DNA from: Minisyncoccota bacterium
GTDB lineage: Bacteria; Patescibacteriota; Minisyncoccia; Phycocordibacterales; JABAAK01
DNA: 64,000 nucleotides
Direction of reading: 5' to 3'
NCBI GenBank assembly: GCA_965222235.1
Contig: OZ244939.1
Span: forward strand, 248,585 to 312,584
Shown: positions 1 to 9,015 of the stretch, in pieces
Layout of the letters: the number at the start of each line of letters is the position of its first letter
Position numbering within the stretch: the stretch's first letter is position 1
Translations under genes and position numbers: made by a program
The notes under the pieces: model-generated
Database searches by the model: none
What the model was told of the DNA's origin: nothing
What the model saw: only the letters and a program-made list of their open reading frames with translations

Positions 1-1617
1 CAGCCGGCCCGCATCAGATGTGCGCCGTTTCTTCGGCACCTCAATCTGCCGGTCGCCGCGCAGGTACGAAAGTGTGAGCGATCCGGATGTGTTCCGTTTC
101 GCGGAAAGCAGCGGCTCAAGGAACCCTGACACGACGACCTCGCCGCCGTGTTTTCCCGCCGCAGGACCGATGTCAACGAGATAGTCAGACGCGAATATGG
201 TGTCCTCGTCATGCTCAACGACAATGATGGTATTGCCGAGGTTCCGAAGATGCAGGAGTGTTTTGATCAGCCGGTCATTGTCGCGCTGGTGCAGCCCGAT
301 GGTCGGCTCGTCAAGCACATACAGCGCACCGACCAGGCCGGAGCCGAGCTGTGAGGCGAGACGGATGCGCTGTGCCTCGCCACCTGAAAGCGTGTTCGCC
401 TTGCGGTTGAGCGTCATGTATTCCAGACCGACATCCCGCAGAAATGACACCCTGTTTGCAATCTCATTCAGCAGCGGCTCCGCGATTTCCTGCTGTTGTT
501 TTGACAGTGACAGTGACGTGAAAAAATCCGCGGCATCCTCAACGGTCAGTCCGATGACGGTATGAATATCATGTTTCTTTTTCCCGCCGCCCACAAACAC
601 GTTGAGTGCCTCGGGGCGGAGACGCGCGCCGTCGCAGGCATCGCACGGCGTGTCATCATAGATCTCAACCTGCCCGAGTCCGTTGCATTCGGTGCACGCG
701 CCGTAGGGTGAATTGAAGGAAAACAGTCGCGGCTCAATTTCCGGGAAAGTGAACCCGCATGCGGGACAGAGAAACCTGGACGAAATGAGCGACTCCTCGC
801 CGTTCGGATATTCGACGCGTACCATACCGTCAGCCTCATGAACAGAACGCTCCACCGCATCGGAAAGGCGCTCGCGAAACACCCGCGGATGTTTGGCATA
901 GTCGGTGAGATACAGCGAATCAATGTAGATATCAATAGTATGTTTTTTGTTCTTGCTGAGATTGATACGGTCGCGGAGCGACATGTCGGCGCCGTCAATA
1001 CGCGCCCGCTCATATCCTTTTCGGAGCATATCATAGAGAAGCTGGTAGTATTCGCCCTTTCTGCCGACCACCGCCGGCGCATATATCTTCAGCATCCGGT
1101 CGTTATACGCGACGCCGACCACCTTAGTATTTTTTTCAAACCATTTTTCTTCCTTAATCCGCTTCTCAATACGCCGGACAATTTCATCCTTGGACACCTT
1201 TTCAATCACATGCAAACACGACGGACAGTACGGCACGCCGATACGGGAGAACAGCACGCGGAGGTAGTCATATACCTCGGTAATGGTCGCGACTGTTGAC
1301 CGCGGATTGTTAGAGCGGTTCTTCTGGTCAATGGATATGGCGGGAGACAGTCCGGTGATTTCCCTGACCTCCGGCTTCTGCATCTGCCGGAGAAACTGCC
1401 GCGCGTACGCGGAGAGCGACTCCACATACCGCCGCTGTCCCTCGGCAAAGATGGTGTCAAACGCAAGTGAGGACTTTCCCGACCCGGAGAGCCCGGTACA
1501 CACCGTCATCATGCCGCGCGGAATATCAACATCAATATGTTTCAGGTTATGCGTTGACGCGCCTCTGATACGGATCCACCCGTCGGCGCACTTTTCTTGT
1601 TTTTTCTTTGCCGGCAT
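1..1617 (-). CDS. uvrA: Excinuclease ABC subunit A (UvrA), partial: N-terminal ~539 aa, C-terminus beyond window start
   Basis: Manual reverse translation from ATG at 1617: MPAKKKQEKCADGWIRIRGASTHNLKHIDVDIPRG...CTGLSGSGKSSLAFDTIFAEGQRRYVESLSAYARQFL... then ABC signature LSGGEAQRIRLASQL and Walker B LYVLDEPTIGLHQRDN. Not in the ORF track because it runs off the window edge. Confidence 0.9.
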   Translation of the reverse strand, partial: MPAKKKQEKCADGWIRIRGASTHNLKHIDVDIPRGMMTVCTGLSGSGKSSLAFDTIFAEGQRRYVESLSAYARQFLRQMQKPEVREITGLSPAISIDQKNRSNNPRSTVATITEVYDYLRVLFSRIGVPYCPSCLHVIEKVSKDEIVRRIEKRIKEEKWFEKNTKVVGVAYNDRMLKIYAPAVVGRKGEYYQLLYDMLRKGYERARIDGADMSLRDRINLSKNKKHTIDIYIDSLYLTDYAKHPRVFRERLSDAVERSVHEADGMVRVEYPNGEESLISSRFLCPACGFTFPEIEPRLFSFNSPYGACTECNGLGQVEIYDDTPCDACDGARLRPEALNVFVGGGKKKHDIHTVIGLTVEDAADFFTSLSLSKQQQEIAEPLLNEIANRVSFLRDVGLEYMTLNRKANTLSGGEAQRIRLASQLGSGLVGALYVLDEPTIGLHQRDNDRLIKTLLHLRNLGNTIIVVEHDEDTIFASDYLVDIGPAAGKHGGEVVVSGFLEPLLSAKRNTSGSLTLSYLRGDRQIEVPKKRRTSDAGRL

Positions 1618-1620
1618 ATA

Positions 1621-3369
1621 TTATTCAAATACCCTGTTTCGTTCCGCGAGCGACGCAACGGCATCTTCAGCGGACATCACCTGTTTTTCTCCCGCAGATT
1701 CCATTGTCACCGTATCGTTCTCTTTCTCTTCCGCGCCGACAACGATGCGGACCGGTATCTTTTCACCGTGCGCCCGCGCAACCTTTCTGCCGATGCTCTC
1801 ATCCTGCATGTCGGCATCCGCGCGCAGCCCCGCGCGCCTGAGACGGGAGAGCACCTGCAGTGCGTACGCGTGCTCCGCGGCGCCAATCGGCAGTATCCGC
1901 ACCTGCACCGGAACAAGAAAGAACGGAAAGTCGCCGGCAAAGTGCTCAATCATCACGCCGAGGAACCGCTCCAATGATCCGGAAACGGCGCGATGAATCA
2001 TGATCGGGGTTTTTTTGGTATTGTCCGCGGTAACATAGGTGAGGTTAAATCGCTCCGGCATGACGAAATCAAGCTGGATTGTGGAGAGCTGCCACTTGCG
2101 GCCGAGTGAATCACGGAAAACGAAATCAATCTTCGGTCCGTAGAAGGCTGCTTCTCCTTTCTCTTCGGTATACTCCAGCCCGCATGCGTGCAGTGCATGT
2201 TTCAGCGACTGCTCCGCCGCGGTCCAGGTTGTTTCATCGCCGAGATACTTTGACGCGTCATCGCTGCGCACCGAAAGCGAAATCTCGCAGTCATCACCCT
2301 GAAAAAATCCGAGCGCGGTATAGAATTCCTTAATGAGACTAATCGTGGCGATAATCTCCTGCTCCATCTGCTCCTCAGTGCAGAAAATATGCCCGTCATC
2401 CTGCGTGATGCTGAGCACTCTTGACAGCCCGAGCAGCTCGCCTTTCTGTTCGTCTCGGTACACGGTCGTGAATTCGGCGTAGCGCACGGGAAGATCATGA
2501 TAGCTGCGCGGGGCGCCGGCGTAAATCTGCGTGTGGTGCGGGCAGTTCATCGGCTTGAGCACGAATTCGTCATTCTTCCCCCGCACGTTGAACAGCTCGT
2601 CGCCGAACTTTTCCCAGTGTCCCGATGTCTGATACAAATCCCGCTTTGCCAGATGCGGAATCCACACCTTCTCGTATCCGTACCTATCCAGCAGCACTGA
2701 CAGCGACTGCTCAAGCGCCAGGCGGAGTGCATTGCCTTTCGGTGTGAACAGCGGAAGCCCCGGACCGACCAGCGGCGAAAAAGTGAACAGCCCCATCTCC
2801 TTCCCTATCTTCCGGTGATCCCGCTCCTTCGCCTGCTCCAGCATATGCCGATACGCATCAAGCTCTTCTACGGTGTCAAATGCCAGACCGTACACCCTGG
2901 TGAGCATCGTGTTATTCTCATCGCCGCGCCAATACGCGCCGGCGACAGAGCGCAGTGCGAATGCGTCGGGGTTAATATCGGCGATGGTGTCAACATGGCC
3001 GCCGCCGCAGAGATCCGTGAAGCTGCCCGAGGTGTAGAGTGTGATTTCTTTTCCCTCCTCCTCAAACTGATTGATGAGATCCGTTTTGTACGGATTGTCC
3101 CTGAACCGTTCGCGTGCCTCATCAGGCGTTATTGTTTTTTTTTCAAATGACAGCCAGGACGCCGCTATCTCCCGCATTTTTTTCTCCACCGTTTCAAGAT
3201 CATCGGCCGAAAGGGATACCGGCAGCTCAGCGTCGTAGTAGAATCCGTCGTCCACAGCAGGGCCGATGGCGAGCTTGGTGCCCGGATACAGCTCAACCAA
3301 AGCTGCGCCGAGTACATGTGCCAGCGAATGTCTCTTTTTTTGCAGCGTATCTGCCGGTGCGGAACTCAT
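1621..3369 (-). CDS. thrS: Threonyl-tRNA synthetase (582 aa; appears to lack the N-terminal TGS domain)
   Basis: ORF track 582 aa. Class II aaRS motifs, HxxxH editing-domain motif near the N-terminus, C-terminal anticodon-binding domain. Ends 3 nt from the uvrA start. Confidence 0.9.
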   Translation of the reverse strand: MSSAPADTLQKKRHSLAHVLGAALVELYPGTKLAIGPAVDDGFYYDAELPVSLSADDLETVEKKMREIAASWLSFEKKTITPDEARERFRDNPYKTDLINQFEEEGKEITLYTSGSFTDLCGGGHVDTIADINPDAFALRSVAGAYWRGDENNTMLTRVYGLAFDTVEELDAYRHMLEQAKERDHRKIGKEMGLFTFSPLVGPGLPLFTPKGNALRLALEQSLSVLLDRYGYEKVWIPHLAKRDLYQTSGHWEKFGDELFNVRGKNDEFVLKPMNCPHHTQIYAGAPRSYHDLPVRYAEFTTVYRDEQKGELLGLSRVLSITQDDGHIFCTEEQMEQEIIATISLIKEFYTALGFFQGDDCEISLSVRSDDASKYLGDETTWTAAEQSLKHALHACGLEYTEEKGEAAFYGPKIDFVFRDSLGRKWQLSTIQLDFVMPERFNLTYVTADNTKKTPIMIHRAVSGSLERFLGVMIEHFAGDFPFFLVPVQVRILPIGAAEHAYALQVLSRLRRAGLRADADMQDESIGRKVARAHGEKIPVRIVVGAEEKENDTVTMESAGEKQVMSAEDAVASLAERNRVFE

Positions 3370-3410
3370 ATACTTGACAGAATACCACGGAAGATTGATG
3401 AAATATACCG

Positions 3411-3875
3411 CTATGCAAATCCCTCGTCATGCATGAACGGACCGCGGGACGACGCCGTCACGGCAAGACTGTCCGCCATCTCGTTGCCCTCGTCATTCGC
3501 ATGCCCCTTGACCCACTGAAACACCACATGGTCGTCCGCCAGCGCATCAAGCTCCCGCCAGAGATCGGCGTTCTTCACCGGTTTCTTCTGTCCTCTTTCC
3601 GTGCGCATCCAGGCGTTTCTCTTCCAATTCTCTTTCCATTGTGTCATTCCTTTCTGTACATATTCGCTGTCAGTCCAGACCGTGACGGTGCCGGCATTGC
3701 CGAACTTTTTCAGCGCGGCGATGACGGCGAGCAACTCCATGCGGTTGTTTGTCGTTCTGTAATAGCCCTGGGAGAATGTGTGCACAACTGAACCGTCACG
3801 GTACACCACAGCACCGATGCCGCCGGGACCGGGATTCCCCTTGCACGACCCGTCCGTGTACACCGCATATTCCAT
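3411..3875 (-). CDS. rnhA: Ribonuclease HI
   Basis: MEYAVYTDGSCKGNPGPGGIGAVV...NNRMELLAVIAAL...TDSEYV...WVKGHANDEGNEMADSLA. Start taken at the internal ATG at 3875; the track ORF extends to 3959. Confidence 0.85.
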   Translation of the reverse strand: MEYAVYTDGSCKGNPGPGGIGAVVYRDGSVVHTFSQGYYRTTNNRMELLAVIAALKKFGNAGTVTVWTDSEYVQKGMTQWKENWKRNAWMRTERGQKKPVKNADLWRELDALADDHVVFQWVKGHANDEGNEMADSLAVTASSRGPFMHDEGFA

Positions 3876-3932
3876 AGTATGTTTCAGTGTACCACGGCTC
3901 TTCATCCCGCTTGATGATATACTGCGTGTACC

Positions 3933-4006
3933 GGACCGTAGCATAGTGGTAGTGTGCACGCATGGGGTGCGTGTGGCCCGGGTTCGATTCCCGGCGGTCC
4001 GACCAG
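3933..4006 (+). tRNA. tRNA-Pro (anticodon GGG), CCA encoded
   Basis: Cloverleaf folded by hand: acceptor CGGACCG/CGGTCCG, anticodon stem CACGC/GCGTG, loop AUGGGGU, T-arm CCGGG-TTCGATT-CCCGG. Close to E. coli tRNA-Pro. Confidence 0.8.
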
Positions 4007-4007
4007 A

Positions 4008-4871
4008 CTACGCGCTTTTCTGCGTGGAACGCAGGCTTTTAAGGAATGTGATGGTGCCCCGAATACCTGTCATAAACCGCTCGTCCGTCTTTCTGGCAAG
4101 TGCCTCATACCGGTCATGGTGCGGCGGTCGGTCTTTCTCTCCCAGATATATGCGGGTAAGGGACATGCACATGTTCCGGATGAAATAATCAAACGCCCTT
4201 TTTTCCAGGACAGATACATCAGTCAGGTTTCCTTTCATCTGTTCAATAATAGTAAACACCATGTTGCCGGGGATTGACAGTGAACACAGCGGAAAATCAC
4301 CGGCACTGCGGTCAGTCGGCATGAATGAACCGTCATCCTGCTTTTTGTACCCGTATTCAAGACGCGCATATCCCCCGTTGATTGAAAGTATCTGCTGCTC
4401 CTTGTTATGCAGCGTCCTTTTGTTTCCGAACACCACTTCGTCAACGGAACAGACGACATCACCGTTCTCCCGGTTGACAATAACAGTGTCAATGCCGTTT
4501 TTCAGGTCATCATAGAGTGATGACCGCACGGCGACCACCCGTTCCGGAACCATTTTAGTGAAAATAATAGGCACCAAATGCTCAAAAAGTTCCGATTCTG
4601 CCGCTGTCTTCTCTCCTTTCTCCCGCATATCCTCCTGCCGCGAGCGTACATAGTGTTCATGGCGACGCATATCTTCAGGTGCACGGGAATCGCGGAATGC
4701 GGACGGATGAATCCGTCCGTTCCGATCAAGGCGCACGCCGACCTGCCGATAGTGCTCAACAAGATCCGCCGTGGCGGCCTGCACTGTTTCCTGCGCCCTG
4801 GCGTGCTCCTGTTGTGTTGTGCGCTCGTTCGGAGCGGATGTTTTGCGCTCAAAACTCTTCATTGTCAACAT
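4008..4871 (-). CDS. Hypothetical protein (287 aa)
   Basis: Long ORF with gene-like composition. No family recognised by eye. Confidence 0.5.
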   Translation of the reverse strand: MLTMKSFERKTSAPNERTTQQEHARAQETVQAATADLVEHYRQVGVRLDRNGRIHPSAFRDSRAPEDMRRHEHYVRSRQEDMREKGEKTAAESELFEHLVPIIFTKMVPERVVAVRSSLYDDLKNGIDTVIVNRENGDVVCSVDEVVFGNKRTLHNKEQQILSINGGYARLEYGYKKQDDGSFMPTDRSAGDFPLCSLSIPGNMVFTIIEQMKGNLTDVSVLEKRAFDYFIRNMCMSLTRIYLGEKDRPPHHDRYEALARKTDERFMTGIRGTITFLKSLRSTQKSA

Positions 4872-4903
4872 ACTACCACGACATACCGTGGTATAACGGG
4901 GAT

Positions 4904-5560
4904 ATGGACATTGGTATCAGCGTGCTGCAACCGGATGCATATCCCGAATCCCTGCGTGAATTGCCTGATATGCCCGAACAGCTCTACATGCGCGGCGGCG
5001 CTATTGATATGTCACGGCGCATGATTGCCGTTGTCGGCGCCCGCGCATGCACTGAATACGGCAGAAGAGTATGCGAGACGATTATTGCGGACCTTGCCGG
5101 GCATCCCGTTACCGTCATATCCGGTCTGGCGATCGGCATTGACGGCATCGCCCATGAAGCTGCGCTGCGCTGCGGCCTTCCCACGATTGCCATTATGGGG
5201 TCGGGGCTTGATGATTCAGTATTATACCCCCGGGCAAACCGGCCGCTCGCACGTAGGATTCTTGAGAGCGGCGGCACGCTCATATCTGAACTGCTGCCGG
5301 AAGATCGGGGATCAAAACACACATTCCCCGCCCGTAACCGCATCATCGCGGGGTTTGCCGATGTCGTAGTCGCTGTTGAATGTGCGGAACGGTCGGGCAC
5401 GCGCATCACGACGAAACTTGCCGTGGAATATAATAAGGAAGTCGGCGCGGTGCCACACAGCATTTTTTCTGAAACCGGTGCCGGTGCAAACGCGCTCATT
5501 CAGCAGGGAGCACATGTCATACGAAACGGCGGGGATATTCTGTCACTGCTTAATTTGTGA
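4904..5560 (+). CDS. dprA: DNA processing protein DprA/Smf (short form)
   Basis: MIAVVGARACTEYGRRV...VISGLAIGIDGIAHEAAL...ARNRIIAGFAD. Start at ATG 4904, inside the longer track ORF. Confidence 0.8.
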   Translation: MDIGISVLQPDAYPESLRELPDMPEQLYMRGGAIDMSRRMIAVVGARACTEYGRRVCETIIADLAGHPVTVISGLAIGIDGIAHEAALRCGLPTIAIMGSGLDDSVLYPRANRPLARRILESGGTLISELLPEDRGSKHTFPARNRIIAGFADVVVAVECAERSGTRITTKLAVEYNKEVGAVPHSIFSETGAGANALIQQGAHVIRNGGDILSLLNL

Positions 5561-5579
5561 TGTATGAATACAGCGGGCA

Positions 5580-6668
5580 TCAGTTCCGCCTCTTCTTTTT
5601 GAAGAAATAGATTGATCCGCTAATAGCTGCAAGGATGACAATCAGCAGTGCGATGGGGTTATGCGCGATGATGGAGACGATGATTGTCACGGTTGACATG
5701 ACCAGCGCTATGAGCACTGAAGCGAGAAAGGCGACGAACTTTCCTGCCGCTCCGAAAATCGGAATGACGCTGAGGAAGATGACGAATGGATTCACTATGA
5801 GAAAGAGGCCGAACGCCATCATGCCGAAGCCGAGCAGTCTGAGCATCCATGTCCGGAAGGTGTCCTCGCTTCGCGCCTGCCGGTATGCCGCGTCACGATC
5901 CCCCGCGAACAGGTCAAAAGCGTTCGTCTCGCCGTGCCGACGCAGTTCCCCGCGGTCTAATGTACCGACAAATGTCATCTCATCGTCAAGCGGTACCGCT
6001 TTATACATAATTCGCTGGTCCCCCACCGTCGGATCAAGCGGTCCGGTCGTTCCGTTTCGGGACAGAAACAGCACAGTGCCTTCAACCACCTCGCCGCTCT
6101 GAACGCTGACCCGACCGAGCTCAAGCGGCGCATAGTTGTGCAAATGCAAAGTATTTTCCGAATGCAGCGGATAGTCGCCGATCAGAACACCCTCCGCAAT
6201 CTCGTCAAGATCGGTGATTGTTTTCTGTATATTCTCCCGTCCGCCCGGATCTTTGAAATCACGTGTATTCGGGGCGGAAGACACCCACTGTTTTTCATAG
6301 CTGTAGTCGGTGGTCTCCGTCTGGGACCCGCCGAGATTGTCCTCAGTCGTCGTGGACTGAACCTCCTCCCATGCGAACACTTCCGCCCGACGCTGCAGCG
6401 CCAGGAACTCGCCACCAGTGATGTACTCGTCGCCGAGTACCGGACTCGCGGCTGTTGCCGTATCGGTATGGGTGATAACGCCGTCCGCAGATGTCTGACC
6501 AGCCTCAAGCACCGCCGCATCCTCTATCACTTTAGCGAATTTCTGCAGCCCTTCATTGACATATAAAACAACGAATGAACCGAAGAAGAGAACAATACCG
6601 ACAAGCACCCCGATAAACGCATTTTTTATCCTGTCAAAAAATCCTATAGTACCTACTTCGGTTACCAT
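5580..6668 (-). CDS. Hypothetical membrane protein (N-terminal TM, central soluble domain, C-terminal TM cluster)
   Basis: Track ORF 5580..6845. The first ~59 aa are the antisense read-through of tRNA-Ser, so the start is placed at the internal Met (MVTEVGTIGFF...). Confidence 0.55.
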   Translation of the reverse strand: MVTEVGTIGFFDRIKNAFIGVLVGIVLFFGSFVVLYVNEGLQKFAKVIEDAAVLEAGQTSADGVITHTDTATAASPVLGDEYITGGEFLALQRRAEVFAWEEVQSTTTEDNLGGSQTETTDYSYEKQWVSSAPNTRDFKDPGGRENIQKTITDLDEIAEGVLIGDYPLHSENTLHLHNYAPLELGRVSVQSGEVVEGTVLFLSRNGTTGPLDPTVGDQRIMYKAVPLDDEMTFVGTLDRGELRRHGETNAFDLFAGDRDAAYRQARSEDTFRTWMLRLLGFGMMAFGLFLIVNPFVIFLSVIPIFGAAGKFVAFLASVLIALVMSTVTIIVSIIAHNPIALLIVILAAISGSIYFFKKKRRN

Positions 6669-6751
6669 ACATATAAGTATAGAATACATACAGCCGGCAT
6701 GAACAGCGATGGTGGATAACCGGCGCCGTACTGTGGTACGCTGTGCGTATT

Positions 6752-6842
6752 GGAGAGGTGGCTGAGCGGTCGAAGGCGCTCCCCTGCTAAGGGAGTAGGG
6801 GGTTTCAAAGCCCCCTCGAGGGTTCGAATCCCTCCCTCTCCG
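6752..6842 (+). tRNA. tRNA-Ser (anticodon GCT), long variable arm
   Basis: GGAGAGGTGGCTGAGCGGTCGAAGGCGCTCCCCTGCTAAGGGAG...GGGTTCGAATCCCTCCCTCTCCG. Near-identical to the E. coli tRNA-Ser(GCU) architecture. Confidence 0.85.
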
Positions 6843-7527
6843 CATCTGCGGGTACGGATGCTTCGTAGGCTTTCAGTGCTTTCTGCGCGGCGCGCTGTTC
6901 GGCATCCTGCTTGGACCGGCCCTCCGCCTGCGTGTATTGTGTATCACCGATGACAACGGCAACGGTGAACACTTTTTCATGATCCGGCCCGCGCTCATCC
7001 AGCACGGTATATACGGGAGTAGTGCGCAGATCCCGCTGCACCGCTTCCTGCAGAGCAGTCTTGGCGTCGCGCAGAGGTGCTTGCGCCAGGTATGACTGAA
7101 CATTAGTGAGAATATGCGTATGAATACATTCCCGGGCGGCTTCAATCCCGCCGTCAAGGAATACGGCACCGATAACTGCTTCAACGGCGTCGGCAAGCAG
7201 TGCTACATTCCGCTCCATTTCCTTCCGCTGTCCGGTGGATACCCTGAGATGCGCCGATATTCCAAGCACCGTCGCGACGCGCACCAAAAAATCGGTTTTG
7301 ACCAGCAGAGACCGGTAGATGCTCAGTACCCCCTCCGGTTCATCGGGGTACCGCCGGTACAGTTCGGCGGTGGAGACAAACTGCAGCACCGCGTCGCCGA
7401 GAAATTCCAGCCGTTCGTTGTGCACCGCATTCCGATGCTCGTTAGAAAACGAACGGTGCGTCAGCGCCTGAATCAGCAGATCTTTGTCAGTAAAGGCATA
7501 CCCGAGTCTGCGCTCAAGATCTTTCAT
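6805..7527 (-). CDS. rnc: Ribonuclease III
   Basis: MKDLERRLGYAF...ERLEFLGDAVL (RNase III signature) plus dsRBD. The last ~18 codons are antisense to the 3' part of tRNA-Ser. Confidence 0.85.
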   Translation of the reverse strand: MKDLERRLGYAFTDKDLLIQALTHRSFSNEHRNAVHNERLEFLGDAVLQFVSTAELYRRYPDEPEGVLSIYRSLLVKTDFLVRVATVLGISAHLRVSTGQRKEMERNVALLADAVEAVIGAVFLDGGIEAARECIHTHILTNVQSYLAQAPLRDAKTALQEAVQRDLRTTPVYTVLDERGPDHEKVFTVAVVIGDTQYTQAEGRSKQDAEQRAAQKALKAYEASVPADAEREGFEPSRGL

Positions 7528-7568
7528 GGTATCAGAACCGGTATGTGCCATATATCTGCATTCTACCA

Positions 7569-8450
7569 TCAGCGCATTTCCCGCGCCCGGTTCATACCGT
7601 CAAAGATAATCTGCTTGAGATCGGGGTACAGCGTCAGTTTCTGCACCTCGTCATGTGAAAACCAACGTGCATCGTCCAGTCCTTCCGAATCTTTCAGCCG
7701 CAGAGCCTCGTTCTCCGTCCGGCCGAGCAGGTAGGATACTTCCTTGCGGACAGCGCCTTCCGGCGGATGCGCGACATATGCGTTGGTTCCGATTACTTCA
7801 AGCGGCGTCACATCCACACCAATCTCGTCTTTGATCACGCGACGAAAACCGCCGTCCTCAGATTCGCCGTTTTCAAGACCGCCCTTTGACAGTGTCCAAC
7901 GTCCGAACACATCATGCACGAGCGCGAACTGCAGCTCACTGTCATCGCCGACGGAGAACACGACACCGCCGACCGACTTTTTCACGCGTATCTTCCGCTC
8001 AACATGTTCGTCCTCATCCTGATCTTTCACTTCAAGATACACCGCGCCCAGGACACCGTTAATGAATTTCCGGGCGCTGGAGTTTAGAAATACTTTTGTA
8101 ATCTCAATCGCCTCGTTCAGCGCAACCCGCCCCGGAACATCAAATTCCTTCCCGAACAGCAGTTCAAACACCCCGAGTCGCAGAATGTTTCGGTCAACAC
8201 TCCCCATTTTTTCCAGTGACCAGTTCGGGGCCGCCTGCTCTATGATCCGGTTGATATCGTCGTACTTTGAGGCGATGCCCTCCAGTATCTTTGTCGCGAA
8301 CGCATTGTTGATAAGTTCGGGGTTATGCTCCCGGACCAGGACATTGAATGTGTTAATATATGCGTCAGCACTCGGTGTTCGTTTATGAAAATCATGTTCA
8401 AACAACGTCTGGACAATTAAAATACGGATTTCCCTTCTTGAAGTAACCAT
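7569..8450 (-). CDS. NusB-like antitermination domain fused to a C-terminal Nudix hydrolase domain
   Basis: N-terminus IRILIVQTLFEHDF...RNILRLGVFELLF (NusB). C-terminus G-GLENG-E-SEDGGFR-RVIKDEIGV approximates the Nudix box GX5EX7REUXEEXGU. Confidence 0.7.
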   Translation of the reverse strand: MVTSRREIRILIVQTLFEHDFHKRTPSADAYINTFNVLVREHNPELINNAFATKILEGIASKYDDINRIIEQAAPNWSLEKMGSVDRNILRLGVFELLFGKEFDVPGRVALNEAIEITKVFLNSSARKFINGVLGAVYLEVKDQDEDEHVERKIRVKKSVGGVVFSVGDDSELQFALVHDVFGRWTLSKGGLENGESEDGGFRRVIKDEIGVDVTPLEVIGTNAYVAHPPEGAVRKEVSYLLGRTENEALRLKDSEGLDDARWFSHDEVQKLTLYPDLKQIIFDGMNRAREMR

Positions 8451-8923
8451 AGATGCTCGTGATATATACAAATACCATTGTGAGTATACCATCTGTTTCG
8501 GCATACGACCGGCGAACGGGGATACTCTGCGGCAGGATGTACCCCTTATGCACCGGAAGCGGGCAGAGATGCCTGCTCTTCGGTCCGCTGTTCCTCCCCG
8601 GTGTCCGCTGACTTCCTGCGCATAAGCCGGCTCTCCCGCTTGGCGGTGTCAATAACATTCCGTCCGCGATAGACGCCGGTTATTCTGCTGGCGCGATGTC
8701 GGAGGCGCGCCACGCCGTTCTCCCGGGTATGCCCCGGCAGCGTGGTGCCGTGGTGCGACCGACGGGTATTTCTCTTCCCTTTTGTTGTCCGCATGCGTAC
8801 CATATTCCGCACTATACCACAGACAGTGCCCGGCACCAATCTTGCAGATGGCGGTGTGTGTATGGTATTCTGCATGTGTTGGAACCTCCAACGGAACTCC
8901 CGTGTAATAATCCCCAACTCTCT

Positions 8924-8953
8924 CCCTTCGGGACGCCGAAGGGGGATTTTTTT
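8924..8953 (+). terminator. Rho-independent terminator (8-bp GC stem CCCTTCGG/CCGAAGGG, 4-nt loop, U7 tail)
   Basis: Read directly in the sequence. The T-run is only on the + strand. It sits at the end of a ~500-bp region without a credible ORF. Confidence 0.6.
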
Positions 8954-9015
8954 GCCGACATTCCGAGCAGACACCGCACACTTTTTTTCCATGCTACGCT
9001 ACGCTCTGTATCTGT

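Noticed and set aside
6669-6845. N-terminal 59 codons of track ORF 5580..6845, and the similar N-terminal extension of 45765..46550
   Set aside because: Both extensions are antisense translations of tRNA-Ser genes (…GFETPYSLSRG… / …RPFGVRVCGSHR…). Starts were moved to internal Met codons.
8505-9015. RNase P RNA or tmRNA in the ORF-free region
   Set aside because: Partial resemblance of GCAGGAAGTCAGCGGACACC (minus strand) to the P4 5' strand and of GAGAGCCGGCTTA to the P4 3' strand, but they are in the wrong order and too close together. There is no GGTTCGA T-arm/CCA for tmRNA. Left only as an unassigned candidate ncRNA.
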